Program-made: the position numbers and the translations under genes
DNA from: a phage
Length of the DNA stretch: 64,000 nt
Strand: one strand, 5' to 3'
Assembly: GCA_026683435.1 (NCBI GenBank)
Contig: GCA_026683435.1_4866.1
Shown here: one piece after another, positions 28,294 to 39,018 of the stretch
Numbering within the stretch: position 1 is the stretch's first letter
Layout: every line of letters starts with the position of its first letter
The notes under the pieces: model-generated
Told to the model about the DNA's origin: nothing
The model's input: only the letters and a program-made list of their open reading frames with translations
The model's database searches: none

Positions 28294-31200
28294 ATGAAAA
28301 CGTATCCTTACGATCCTCGGGGTGTAAATCCTGAGTGTCACTTCATCGAGGAACGTATCATCGACTCCGACAATCCTAACGATCGGGTGGTGATGCTAGA
28401 TCATCGCCCGTTTTTCGAAGGATTGGTGGTAAGGCTCGCCGGCTCGTCCATACCGCTTACCCGCGGGACGGACTATGAGCTGGAGTATGCTTTAACACCG
28501 TTGGACGACTCGGTGACGACCCCGGTGTTTTGCGGGGTGCATCTTATTAACCCTAAACTGCGTGGTGCGGTGGTCTTTGAAGGCCAGATGCTCGGGGGTA
28601 CGTTTTACAGTGGTTTGATTGAGATGTTGGATGAGCTAATTAAGGCTCTCAACAATCCAACGGCTGCAGATTGGCTGCTTTTAGGTAATCGACCCTCCCT
28701 GTACCCAGCCACCCCTGCAGCGGTAGCTTGGTCAGACATGCTGAATAAAAAGTATGTTGCCTCTGCAGTGCATGATGTGGAGTTAGATGCCGGGGCGGCC
28801 AACGAGCAGATTCGTGAAAAGCTTACTGAGCTGAAAGATGCGGTTTTGGGCTTAGGAACTGAAATCGCCACATTTAACTACCCCGGACACATTGCGTCGA
28901 CTAACCCCCATGGGACTACCGCGGCGCAGGCCGGTGCGCATCCTGTCAACCTGAAAACGCCAGATACTTTCCTGGCGTATGGAAAGACGTTGCGTCAATT
29001 AACCAGCGAGGTCCGTGCACTGGGCCTGCAACAATCGGATATCGACAAGTACATTTCTAAATGGGTATCGAAAGAATCCAAAGGGGTGTTTAACGCGACG
29101 ATATCCGGTACTCGTGCCCTGTTCCGTTCTCCTGCTGGTGAATCCGAAATTGTGTTCTCTGCTGAGGCATTCACTCTTAAATCTAATGGCTCTGTTGTGT
29201 TGGCGTGTGGGTATGCCGACACTACTGGAACCGTCCGGTTTATGGAGTGGAAAGCAGGCATCAATACATTACGTATTGAGTCGACTGGCAGTGCCTTGGG
29301 GATGGATAAGCTGACGCTTAATGGTACGACGTTACTGACCACAACTGCTCTCATGGGCTATCAACAAGACCCTGGTACCGGCGGTGGTACCGTTGACCCG
29401 GATGACAACAAACTGTACATTAGCGGGGTGAACGGCATCACTTTCACGGGTAAAGGGTCAAAAGCCGATCCCGTCACCGGGAAGGTCACAGCCAAACCCG
29501 CGACGACCTCTGAACCTGGCGTTGTGACGCTGACTGATAAGCCGAGCGATGTAGTCAAAGGGCAAGCAGCCACCCCGTCGGCGCTTTTGCCGTATGAGGG
29601 CGACCTGTCTTCGTACGTCAGGAAGACAACGCTGCTGAATAACCAGCCGATGAACACTGGTAGTCGAACGCTGACGAAAAAGGATTTAGGTTTAGACTTG
29701 GCTGATAACACAGCTGACGTCGATAAACCACTTTCTGATGCGTTGGCAGAAGCAGTTACCGGTCTTAGTGATAAAGGTCACCATCACAACTTCGCCGATT
29801 TACAGATCCCAACGGCTTCTCAAACAGTTCCCGGTATCGCTCGATATTCTACCAACCTAAACGGCTTGTCGGGTAATCGCGGCGTTACCCCGAACGTTCT
29901 GAACGATTTGTCAAAACGTTTAGACGTAGTTGCAGCTGCGCTAGCAAACGCGAAAGAGGATTCCGTGACCGATTTTGCCGCTGTGCGTGGTAAGACTTGG
30001 ACTGTGGGATCTACACGTACCACCCTCGCCGTAACGGATTTGAATTATTTCTATCTGTTAAATGGTGCACGTAAAGAGGGGACGGTATCTGGTTCGATAG
30101 ACCTGCAAACCACCCCGATGTTCCAGTGGTTCTCTCCAGATAACCGTATGGAAAGAACGTGGCAGAACGCGGTAATTAATATCGGTGACGGTATTGATTT
30201 TAGTGGGTTTGAGGTTGCCGTCCCGGAAACGAACTACGGTGCGCAGATTGGGTTAACGGCAACCGGCATGGGTGACTTATCGGTTGTTAACCTTTTAGCA
30301 AAAACGTGGGTTCGTTGCGATACAGGTAAACTACGTATTTGGGTTCGTGGCGGTGGTGCTGTTTCTGTTTATCTGGACGGTGTAATTATCGGTGCGGGTA
30401 TTACAGAAGCGGGGTATCTGGAGGCGACTGTCAAAGAGGGGTGGAAGCAACATTGCCTGGCGTTTCGTGCGGAATGTAACAATAGCGCGAAAGCAGCTGC
30501 TATACGCTTCACCATTTACGATGGTGATTACCCGGTTGCGGTGTCGGACAAAAACACCAAGGTCGCCCGTTTGCAGGAGTTTGTTAAGACCGCGAACGGT
30601 TTACGACATTATCTTTACGTGAACATGATAACCGACGCATTGTATTCACGTGCGGAACCCATTGTGGACACTGAAGGTATTAACCTGGAGCGTGGGTACA
30701 TTGGTTACATTGATGTACCCGAGACGGGATTGGTTGCAGGTACGACTTACGAGTTTGAAACGACGTTTGATTTTGGCATGGCGTCCGAACTTAAACGACA
30801 CTTCGAAACACGTCTGGCGCACGGAGTGAGTAATGCCGACTGGTCGTTGACGGATAACCCAAAAATGTTACCGCTAAACAAAGTCGATCCGTTGCCTAAA
30901 CAGTGGCTTTATGCGTACCCTAATAGTCCAGTTTCTGGTAACCACTATATTCGATTAGACCGAGGGTTATTCGATTATAAATTTGATAGTACCATTTCAA
31001 GCCTAGTGTTTGTTGGAGCGGTTGTCTCCACAGAAAGCGCATCACCGTACTGCTGGTTTACACCAAGCAACCCGAAAGAAAAAGGGATGGCGACGTTTGA
31101 AGGTTCTGTGGTGGTCGATGTTGATTTGTCGGAAGCACAAACAGTTCGCGTTCGCGATATCACATTAAACTTCATGGCCCCGTCTGCAGATGATAAAAGC

Positions 31201-32424
31201 AAGACTAGGGTACTGAGATGGAGTGGCAATCGTCCAGAATTGAATTGTGGCTTCATCACGTCTCCTTATAACCAAGCAACTGGAGGCATCATCTCGACCA
31301 CGCAGGGCAGTGTTACAAATAAGGTGCTTGAAAATCCGAGGGTAATTAAAAACCTGACGAGCCAATCTACCGAGTGTTTAGATTTTCTTTCGGTTCATAC
31401 CGATAGTGAGCCTGCGCCGCTTGGAGATCGTTGGCTTGTACGTTATCGATACATTGTTGATACGCAGGTACTGCGCATCTCAATGGTTTCTAAGTTGATA
31501 GCCAATCCGCTGGTGCAGGTTTACGAAATGGAATACGACATTCCGTTTGATGCGATCGATTACTTTAAAGGTGGGGCGCTAGCCATCCACGTTTCCGGTA
31601 TTGAAACTGGAGACAACGTGACTATTAACCACGGTTTGATGCAGCCGATCATCTCAGATGTGGATATAAATCGTTTCCATTATTTACGTTCACTGTTTGA
31701 GTCGTATATTGAAAGGACACCAGATAGACAGTCTTCCGGCCACGAGGAGATGACAGTAACAACGGTACCTTTTGCGTCATTTGGAGATAACGTTGATCAC
31801 CCGGTTACGGAATACATCACGATGTCTGCTGCAAGTGAAGGTTATCCGGAACTTGCACCGAACGGTAAACTCCCCGCGCCGTTTTATAAAGGGCTGCAGA
31901 AACGTGGTGCTCCGCTACTTGAGTCGGCTCCTGCCGACTATACGGCTAACGGTGGTGAATGGAAGAACGGCTTTATGCGGGCCTATCGCCCAACTCAAAC
32001 TGAGCGTTTTGTGTCGGTAAATGGGACAATGCTCTCTAACTACCCTGGATATATCATCGTGGGCAGTGAGAAAATTCCGGGTAATGTTATACCTTTCGGT
32101 GCGTCGACAACAGCTGTTCAGATATCCAGGACTCTTGCCCGCACGAAACCGATGCAGCCAATTCACATCGTGTTCGTGCCTCCGGAAGGTTCTGTGCCGC
32201 CGTTGCAAGCGAAGTTCACTATTAATGGCGTAGGTAGTAGTGGTAATCCGATGTTCGTGATTACTGAAACGTCACCGATTGAACTTCGCACTGGAGGCGA
32301 GACGATTCTCATTGAGAAGCGTAATCCATTCCACATCCCCACCAGGACATGGGATTGGATTTTACAAACGTTAGATACTGAACGTAGAAACGAAGGCAAC
32401 AACTCGGGTGAGTGGGCCTCTTAG
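28294..32424 (+). CDS. putative tail fibre protein (1376 aa)
   Basis: Shared N-terminal domain (RPFFEGLVVRLAG...LTRGTDYELEY); GHHHNFADLQIPTASQTVPGIARYS motif. Confidence 0.55.
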   Translation: MKTYPYDPRGVNPECHFIEERIIDSDNPNDRVVMLDHRPFFEGLVVRLAGSSIPLTRGTDYELEYALTPLDDSVTTPVFCGVHLINPKLRGAVVFEGQMLGGTFYSGLIEMLDELIKALNNPTAADWLLLGNRPSLYPATPAAVAWSDMLNKKYVASAVHDVELDAGAANEQIREKLTELKDAVLGLGTEIATFNYPGHIASTNPHGTTAAQAGAHPVNLKTPDTFLAYGKTLRQLTSEVRALGLQQSDIDKYISKWVSKESKGVFNATISGTRALFRSPAGESEIVFSAEAFTLKSNGSVVLACGYADTTGTVRFMEWKAGINTLRIESTGSALGMDKLTLNGTTLLTTTALMGYQQDPGTGGGTVDPDDNKLYISGVNGITFTGKGSKADPVTGKVTAKPATTSEPGVVTLTDKPSDVVKGQAATPSALLPYEGDLSSYVRKTTLLNNQPMNTGSRTLTKKDLGLDLADNTADVDKPLSDALAEAVTGLSDKGHHHNFADLQIPTASQTVPGIARYSTNLNGLSGNRGVTPNVLNDLSKRLDVVAAALANAKEDSVTDFAAVRGKTWTVGSTRTTLAVTDLNYFYLLNGARKEGTVSGSIDLQTTPMFQWFSPDNRMERTWQNAVINIGDGIDFSGFEVAVPETNYGAQIGLTATGMGDLSVVNLLAKTWVRCDTGKLRIWVRGGGAVSVYLDGVIIGAGITEAGYLEATVKEGWKQHCLAFRAECNNSAKAAAIRFTIYDGDYPVAVSDKNTKVARLQEFVKTANGLRHYLYVNMITDALYSRAEPIVDTEGINLERGYIGYIDVPETGLVAGTTYEFETTFDFGMASELKRHFETRLAHGVSNADWSLTDNPKMLPLNKVDPLPKQWLYAYPNSPVSGNHYIRLDRGLFDYKFDSTISSLVFVGAVVSTESASPYCWFTPSNPKEKGMATFEGSVVVDVDLSEAQTVRVRDITLNFMAPSADDKSKTRVLRWSGNRPELNCGFITSPYNQATGGIISTTQGSVTNKVLENPRVIKNLTSQSTECLDFLSVHTDSEPAPLGDRWLVRYRYIVDTQVLRISMVSKLIANPLVQVYEMEYDIPFDAIDYFKGGALAIHVSGIETGDNVTINHGLMQPIISDVDINRFHYLRSLFESYIERTPDRQSSGHEEMTVTTVPFASFGDNVDHPVTEYITMSAASEGYPELAPNGKLPAPFYKGLQKRGAPLLESAPADYTANGGEWKNGFMRAYRPTQTERFVSVNGTMLSNYPGYIIVGSEKIPGNVIPFGASTTAVQISRTLARTKPMQPIHIVFVPPEGSVPPLQAKFTINGVGSSGNPMFVITETSPIELRTGGETILIEKRNPFHIPTRTWDWILQTLDTERRNEGNNSGEWAS

Positions 32425-32459
32425 GACGGACTGCCTGCGGGCGGGTAGTCCGTAGGTAA

Positions 32460-32503
32460 ACCGCCCTTCCGTTATTGGGAGGGCGGTCTCCGTTTTATTA
32501 CAG
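32460..32503 (+). terminator. hairpin with T-tract (terminator/attenuator) between fibre genes
   Basis: ACCGCCCT..AGGGCGGT stem followed by CTCCGTTTTATTAC. Confidence 0.4.
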
Positions 32504-32519
32504 ATTAGGAGTGTTTGCA

Positions 32520-35500
32520 ATGCCGAGAGAAGATGCGGCGCAGTTTAACGGTACGCTCAGTACCGCTACTTACCCGAACCGTTATTCGGCGGTCATTCCC
32601 GTCGAAGCACCGTTCTATCGCATCGGGTTAACGTTAACCGTTACCGATAAAACAACCGGAACCAAACGCAAGTTAATAGAAGGTCTCGATTATTTCTTAG
32701 GACATTACTTCCAGGAATTAGCCGAGGCTGAGAACGATGCAATATACGGCAGCATAATGCTGCTGAACGCCACAGAGGTAGAATACGAGTTACTGTCGGT
32801 TGGTCGACAGTATCGCATCCCTGCTTCTGAAATCGGCAAGTATCTGGTTAAGACAGATATGAAAGACCCGCGTAACTGCGATTGGTCTGAGCTGATGAAA
32901 TATCCGCCGATTATCTCGCCAATCGACCCGCCAAAAGACCTCGAAGAAGCGATTCTTCACGATGAAATCGTAAAGGCGTTGGAAGATATCCGTCTGGGTA
33001 TTTTAGAGCGCGCCCACGAGCTGGATGAGGCTTTTGCCGAAGTTACCGATTTGATTTATCAGAACGGTAAGCAGGTGTTTGATGACGAAATGTATCAACA
33101 CCACCTGATTAAAAATGCACATGGTTACACCTGCGGTGACATTGGCGCTCTCCCGGTACTCGGCAAAGCCGTAGATGCGACTAAGGCATTCGGACGTACC
33201 CTGGCAGAGCTAGTGACGTTAATGTCTACCAGCGGCATCCAACAGAAACACGTTGACATGCTTCTGGATAATACCCTGGGTGATTTACTGGGCCGTATGC
33301 GTGTTCTGAATAACGACGCGATTACGTTCCAAACAACGTCTGGTCACGTTATCAGCATGAAGGGTGAGAAGTTCATCATCACCTCGACAAAACCGCTGGT
33401 ATTAAAAGCTGACCAGGATAACAACGAACCGGGCATCGCTACGGAGTTCAGTGCTGGTCTGAACACGCTTTGGGTTCACTCGGGTAAAGCAGGTGACAAG
33501 TGGGGCGCTTATGATGCAGGTGTGCTTGCACCTGTGTATAACAGCGTGTATCTCGTTACGCCGGATATGGTTAAGATGTACTTGACCTCGGTGAAGATAC
33601 TTCCAGCAAACGCCTACTTCAAGTCCAGCGACACGTTGAAGATTTACGGCTCTGGTAAAGAAACAAACAAACTTTACATGAATGCGGAGCTGCCTGCAGC
33701 AACCACAACTGTGCAGGGTTTGTTTGCGATTACTAACCTTTCGGCGTCCGCTGCAGCATCCACAGCGATTTCCCAAAAAGCTGTTACTGACTTGAAGAAC
33801 AAACTCGACGGATATGCGGACGACACGTATACAGTCAACGGTAAAGGGTTTGTGTTAGACGAAAACGGTCAAATGCATTTAACCTTAACCGCGTCGGATT
33901 TCGGTATTGAGAAGATGAACAATACCGGGCCGCTGGAGAAACCGGTTACTAACGCGTTGCGCACCGTTCTATCAGGCAAAGCGCTTACAACGCACACCCA
34001 CACCATTGCCGATCTCGATAACGTGCCGTACGCATCCACGTCTGTTACAGGTTTGGCTAAACTGTGGGATGCTATTGACACCACAACAGATAAGATGGTT
34101 ACTGCCCGTCAGGGTTTCTTGCTCGAACAAAAGATCGGTACACTGAACGACAAGATTGCTACGTTATTACCGGCGTGGACTGTCGGCGGATCATCGTACG
34201 GCAACAATAACTTCTTGCCTATACCTGTCCAGGGGAACTACGAAGGGTATACCAAAAACCAAACCTGGCAGAAAGGTTTGGCGCGTTACGAGTCTGGTAA
34301 GGTTTACTCGCTCCGTAACGGTTCTAACGGGAACCCACCTGGTGACTGGGCTATCTATTACGCCTATGCTGATGTGTCGCCAAGCAATACGCTGGAAAAT
34401 ATGCAGCAGACGTCCGTACGTTATCGACCCGCTGGAATGTCGGCGTATCCTGGGGTGAATCTGGTTGCTATTGTGATTACCGGTACCGATGCAATGATCT
34501 GCTTAGGCAGTGACGGTGCGTACTACTTGGTCATCTTCGATGGGACGATTGACCATGCAAAACATCATCGTGTTGTTAAAGTGGTGTTGGGTGATTACAA
34601 GAACGGTAATGGTGCGGGCACAGTAACGACAGCACCGTGGGCTCCAAACGCTTCTACAGACGATTTGATTGTTTGTAATGAACGTGTCTACCTGTTGCGT
34701 ACGGTGCTTACCTCCGGTAACTATTTCGTGAGTATGCGTAGCATCGCACTCAACGAACTTAATCCGGGTGGTAGCAACACGTTTGTGGCGGATGCGTTAA
34801 CAGGCGGGATATTAACGTCGGGTGAAAACGTTTATCTGCGACAGGGACAGAAACGTGCACCTTCCGATGCGCTCCCAGCACCAGTTACACAGATCTACGC
34901 AGACGCGTTAGCGAAGTGGAACAATGCAACCAACTTTGTACATGGTCCTGAGTGTAATCACGCGATTGGTGTTGATGGGCTGAGCTTTCGTGTTGGTTTA
35001 ACGCCAACGGTTTGGTTTGCTTCTACTACAGGGCAAACTATTAACTTTAAACAATGGGTGTCAAGCTTTGTTGTCGACTGTAGCGCATTAACGGTAACGC
35101 TGGAAGGTGCTGATCGATTCCCTATTGTGGCTGATCTTACCACGGTTCGTTATAACGGTGGTACTGAGATTGGGATTCCAAGCCGGAAGTGGGGCGAAGG
35201 TCAAGCTAATAACCGAACCTTTGCAACATCGCAAGACAAGTATATCGTTTCGCAAGGACATGCAGGCGATCGCGACCTAATGCCGATTGTCACGATTACC
35301 ACGTTAGACGACGGTGTGAGTTGGTACGAGTACCTGTCGTGCGACTACAACTTCACTGCCAGAAGGTTTAGTGCGGTAACGTTAAACCAAGGTCGTGGTT
35401 CTATCTACGAGCTGGGTATGGCGTATCCACTGACTCTGGGAGCGAATTCCAGACTTATCTGGTTGTCACAGCCACGTTCCCGTTTGGCAATTGAGGTTGA

Positions 35501-37703
35501 GTTTGATCCGAACACCACTTACTCAGGTAAAGCGGGGTATGGCCCAACTAACAATCGACGTGTAGTGGATTCTACCACGTACGAGAATCTGTCGCAGATG
35601 TGCCACATTGTTACACCGGCGTCGCCTGGTACAGAGTTAAACGGCTGGTATTGCACAGGACCAGAAACATTCCCTTACCACAACGTTTCTGGCACTTTCA
35701 CGATTCATGCCGATCGGTTGACGCTGTCACAAGCCGAATGGGATAAGATGAAGCAGATGATCATCGACGGTGCACCGGCAGGCGCTGCGAATGGTTATGC
35801 TTCGGAATTTATCCTTGCCGCAAATAACGCAGGAAAGGCATTGTTCTCCGTTTGGTTCATCGGCATTGGTACGGCCACACCGCTCACGTTAGCACAAGTA
35901 GCATGTACGCGTACTGTGAACAACGTTAACGTGTTGGATATCTACTACTTTACACTGAAACCAACAATCAGCAACGGGCAGGTAACATTCCCCGCAGCGA
36001 TATTGGCTTTGTTTGACTTCTATAACAACCTCGACTATGACTTGAACTATGCTACGTTGGGAGAGATAACGGGAGGAAAAACACGCCGGCCGGGACAACC
36101 TACCATGGTGTCGGTAGATGGTACGCAGTTCGGGTTGTATCTTCCACACACGTTAACCTTGCGCCAAATTGGCGACTTGGGTGCGCTTAACTACGCTGTT
36201 GGTCTTACGTTGTCTAATGGTACCTGGACGCGTTCTTCTGCTCCACACGGCGTTGGACGTATGGCACCGTCACACACTCCAGTCAGTCCAGCTTATCTGG
36301 CACATCGCGATCAAGTGATGTTACACAACTCATCTCTCGACTACGTCTATTGTGGTGGTATCGCAACGTCGTCGAGAGATTTTGTCGCGGCTCCTAATTT
36401 TAGTGGCCCGACTGAATCGGTTGTCATTGCTGGTGTGGAAACAGCTGAAGGTTGGCTGGTATATGTGACTGAGGAAGTTGACCTGCGTTTCGGCTCGAGC
36501 ACTTATAAGCTGCCTACGTGGTATATTGACCTCAGCGCAGCATTTCCAACAAACCATCAGAACCGGACATTCTACCTGCACGCCAAGGTAGAAAATGGTA
36601 CACCGAAGTACGTAATGGACGTGATTCAACATCCAGACACTGAAACGGAACTCTATATCGGGTATGTTAAAACGGGCTCGTCGCGAGTCGTCGAGACTAA
36701 CGTCGAACATGCTAAGCGATTAGGGGCGGTGAAACAACTGTTGGAACATGCGGCGGTTGAGAATAAGCATGATGTGGAAGTGGGAAGGGACGCAGCAACG
36801 GGCAGACTGGCACCATTGCGTAAAGAAGCGATGGGTCCTTTGTCGATCGATGCTACGAAAGGCTATCTGGATAGTCAGTTGCTTTATACCGTATCTGACG
36901 CACAGCGTCGCGGTAAACCGATGGTCTCCAAACGTTTCGAAGGCTTGAAAACTTTGCCGGCGTTTACTCAGGCAAACAAGTCGGGGGCGTTTTGGAAACA
37001 TCCTACAACAATTGCGACGGTAACGGCCGATGAGAACGGTGAAGCGGCATCGTTGGGAATGGAGTGGGTAGGTATCCCTACGCCTGCTTTCTCTCCGACC
37101 TCAGGAACGATGATAGTGGTGATACAAAGTAAATTCGTCGTCCCAGGTACACCGGGAGTAGAAACGACCTTTAATGTTCACGTTGCCCCATGGGAGGCGG
37201 TGGACGGCTTTTTCTACAACATCGAGGCGGAAGGTACGGATGTTAACATTGACGAAAATCCAGAAGTGTTATTGCCGTCACCACATACCGTGCACCACAA
37301 ACAGCACTCTCTGCCAGCAGGCGTGCCGTGCACCTTTACATTTGTCGCGGCGGTAAGTTCTTCAGCGCTCGAAACAGCTAACCAGCATATTTGCTCTTGG
37401 CTTTTCACGGACGCTGGGGGTCTACCAATCACCACCGATCTTTCGGATAGTAAGATTCAAATCTTACCAGCGGCGGGAGAGACCAACGGCACACCAGTTG
37501 TTCTGAACAGTCGTAGCTACACGTTTACGAATGTGACAGGTGCAATCCCGGTTGTTACCACGGGCGCTCAGGGTTTATTCCCACCACCGATCGTGGCGTG
37601 GGATGGCGATGATCTTACGTTAACGATTGCGCACGATTGGGTGAACGAGAGAGGATGGCAACAGCCTGATATTATCCAGGTCAATCTTATGTTCCGTACC
37701 TAA
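32520..37703 (+). CDS. putative tail fibre protein (~1727 aa)
   Basis: ORF track 32475..37703 starts at TTG inside the upstream hairpin; ATG at 32520 has SD AGGAG. Shared N-terminal domain (APFYRIGLTLTV...IEGLDYFLGHYF); THTHTIADLDNVPYASTSVTGLAKL motif. Confidence 0.55.
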   Translation: MPREDAAQFNGTLSTATYPNRYSAVIPVEAPFYRIGLTLTVTDKTTGTKRKLIEGLDYFLGHYFQELAEAENDAIYGSIMLLNATEVEYELLSVGRQYRIPASEIGKYLVKTDMKDPRNCDWSELMKYPPIISPIDPPKDLEEAILHDEIVKALEDIRLGILERAHELDEAFAEVTDLIYQNGKQVFDDEMYQHHLIKNAHGYTCGDIGALPVLGKAVDATKAFGRTLAELVTLMSTSGIQQKHVDMLLDNTLGDLLGRMRVLNNDAITFQTTSGHVISMKGEKFIITSTKPLVLKADQDNNEPGIATEFSAGLNTLWVHSGKAGDKWGAYDAGVLAPVYNSVYLVTPDMVKMYLTSVKILPANAYFKSSDTLKIYGSGKETNKLYMNAELPAATTTVQGLFAITNLSASAAASTAISQKAVTDLKNKLDGYADDTYTVNGKGFVLDENGQMHLTLTASDFGIEKMNNTGPLEKPVTNALRTVLSGKALTTHTHTIADLDNVPYASTSVTGLAKLWDAIDTTTDKMVTARQGFLLEQKIGTLNDKIATLLPAWTVGGSSYGNNNFLPIPVQGNYEGYTKNQTWQKGLARYESGKVYSLRNGSNGNPPGDWAIYYAYADVSPSNTLENMQQTSVRYRPAGMSAYPGVNLVAIVITGTDAMICLGSDGAYYLVIFDGTIDHAKHHRVVKVVLGDYKNGNGAGTVTTAPWAPNASTDDLIVCNERVYLLRTVLTSGNYFVSMRSIALNELNPGGSNTFVADALTGGILTSGENVYLRQGQKRAPSDALPAPVTQIYADALAKWNNATNFVHGPECNHAIGVDGLSFRVGLTPTVWFASTTGQTINFKQWVSSFVVDCSALTVTLEGADRFPIVADLTTVRYNGGTEIGIPSRKWGEGQANNRTFATSQDKYIVSQGHAGDRDLMPIVTITTLDDGVSWYEYLSCDYNFTARRFSAVTLNQGRGSIYELGMAYPLTLGANSRLIWLSQPRSRLAIEVEFDPNTTYSGKAGYGPTNNRRVVDSTTYENLSQMCHIVTPASPGTELNGWYCTGPETFPYHNVSGTFTIHADRLTLSQAEWDKMKQMIIDGAPAGAANGYASEFILAANNAGKALFSVWFIGIGTATPLTLAQVACTRTVNNVNVLDIYYFTLKPTISNGQVTFPAAILALFDFYNNLDYDLNYATLGEITGGKTRRPGQPTMVSVDGTQFGLYLPHTLTLRQIGDLGALNYAVGLTLSNGTWTRSSAPHGVGRMAPSHTPVSPAYLAHRDQVMLHNSSLDYVYCGGIATSSRDFVAAPNFSGPTESVVIAGVETAEGWLVYVTEEVDLRFGSSTYKLPTWYIDLSAAFPTNHQNRTFYLHAKVENGTPKYVMDVIQHPDTETELYIGYVKTGSSRVVETNVEHAKRLGAVKQLLEHAAVENKHDVEVGRDAATGRLAPLRKEAMGPLSIDATKGYLDSQLLYTVSDAQRRGKPMVSKRFEGLKTLPAFTQANKSGAFWKHPTTIATVTADENGEAASLGMEWVGIPTPAFSPTSGTMIVVIQSKFVVPGTPGVETTFNVHVAPWEAVDGFFYNIEAEGTDVNIDENPEVLLPSPHTVHHKQHSLPAGVPCTFTFVAAVSSSALETANQHICSWLFTDAGGLPITTDLSDSKIQILPAAGETNGTPVVLNSRSYTFTNVTGAIPVVTTGAQGLFPPPIVAWDGDDLTLTIAHDWVNERGWQQPDIIQVNLMFRT

Positions 37704-37750
37704 CAGATAGCGCTATGGGGCAAGGAAGCCCCAATCAAAGGAGTTTGGCA

Positions 37751-38953
37751 ATGGCCGAAATCATTCATCAGTACCCGCTCGACCTTACCGGGACATTAAC
37801 GTCGAACGCCGTTACACGGCGTATTACGTTAGGTTCTGGTAAAGTTAACCGGGCTTTTGCTTTTCCTGACGGAGCTTTCTACGCGGATACCTTCCGCTTG
37901 GCAGCTGCGAATAAACCAGGTGTCTACCCGTACAAACGCGGTACAGACTACGAACTGATTTTTGCACATACTGCATATCAGAAAATGACCAAGAACCGTG
38001 AAGTGGTCATGGGTGTGGTGGTAACTAACTCGGCCATTCCTACTGATATCGAAGTCTCTGCGCAAGTCGTTGGTGGTTTTCAGTCTGCGAACGTCGAAGG
38101 CATCCGACAAGCGATTGCGTCGTTGAAAATTGAAGACCGTGTGGTGGACTTCAAGGATCTTCGAAACGTACCCGATACGTTCCCGTCCGCCCCGACGTAT
38201 AAAGACCTTGGCGATATCTACGGTTTTGAGTATATCATTACCGTACTCGCGGGGATTAAAGATGCGATTAACTCCGGCTCTGCAGTACAGCTGGAAGAAA
38301 TTAAAGGTATTCTGGATGGTCTGAAAAACGACTTCCTCGACGCCTTAAATACCCACATCAACGCCGAAGGTAACGTACACAATCTCGACATTCATCAGGT
38401 TAATGGCCTGACGGAGACGGAGATTCGTGCCCTGATTCAAAGTGTACAGACTGCCATTGACGCCACTATCAAAGATATCGGCGACTTAAGAGCAGCAGAC
38501 ACAGCGTTGGGGCAACGCATCGATGCAATTGTGGCTTCGTTAGCCGCGTGGAACGACCAGCTTAACGTGGTTGCTCAAAATTACCAGAAAATGTCGTTAG
38601 CATTAGCTAACCTTAATTCTCTGGTGTTGCAATTACAGAAGATGGTTAACGATCTTCAGTCTGCACTGAATAAAACAAATCAGCGCGTCACGGATCTTGA
38701 GAATCAGGGCAAAGACTTCCAACAGCAAATTGATAACCTGCAAGGACAAATCAACAGTCTTAAAACTCAGGTTGTAAATAACACCAACGCAATTTCGCAG
38801 GCAAACCAGAATCTGGCGAACCATGCGGCTGCGGATAACCCACACCCGAATTACCTCCATAAACAGTATGGCGGTGTTGTGCAGGCTGCTGTTCACGTCA
38901 ACAACAGCCTCACCTCGCGCGACGATGTTCAAGCTGAAGCGGGTACTAAGTAA
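37751..38953 (+). CDS. fibre-associated protein with C-terminal coiled coil (~400 aa)
   Basis: ORF track 37715..38953; ATG at 37751 with SD AAGGAG; shared N-terminal domain (GAFYADTFRLA...KRGTDYELIF); long Q/N/L-rich heptad region; ends ...NPHPNYLHKQYGG. Confidence 0.5.
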   Translation: MAEIIHQYPLDLTGTLTSNAVTRRITLGSGKVNRAFAFPDGAFYADTFRLAAANKPGVYPYKRGTDYELIFAHTAYQKMTKNREVVMGVVVTNSAIPTDIEVSAQVVGGFQSANVEGIRQAIASLKIEDRVVDFKDLRNVPDTFPSAPTYKDLGDIYGFEYIITVLAGIKDAINSGSAVQLEEIKGILDGLKNDFLDALNTHINAEGNVHNLDIHQVNGLTETEIRALIQSVQTAIDATIKDIGDLRAADTALGQRIDAIVASLAAWNDQLNVVAQNYQKMSLALANLNSLVLQLQKMVNDLQSALNKTNQRVTDLENQGKDFQQQIDNLQGQINSLKTQVVNNTNAISQANQNLANHAAADNPHPNYLHKQYGGVVQAAVHVNNSLTSRDDVQAEAGTK

Positions 38954-38960
38954 CTTGTTT

Positions 38961-39007
38961 ACGAGCCGGACTATGTTTATGGACATAGTCCGCTCGTTCT
39001 ACTTTTT
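38961..39007 (+). terminator. rho-independent terminator / regulatory hairpin directly upstream of Cys-rich gene A
   Basis: ACGAGCCGGACTATG / CATAGTCCGCTCGT stem (one bulge) followed by TCTACTTTTT, then SD AAGGAAG and ATG 39019. Confidence 0.6.
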
Positions 39008-39018
39008 AAGGAAGCGTA

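Noticed and set aside
32475-32519. ORF-track start of the 1742-aa fibre gene at 32475
   Set aside because: It is a TTG inside the upstream terminator hairpin with no SD; ATG at 32520 has AGGAG at proper spacing.
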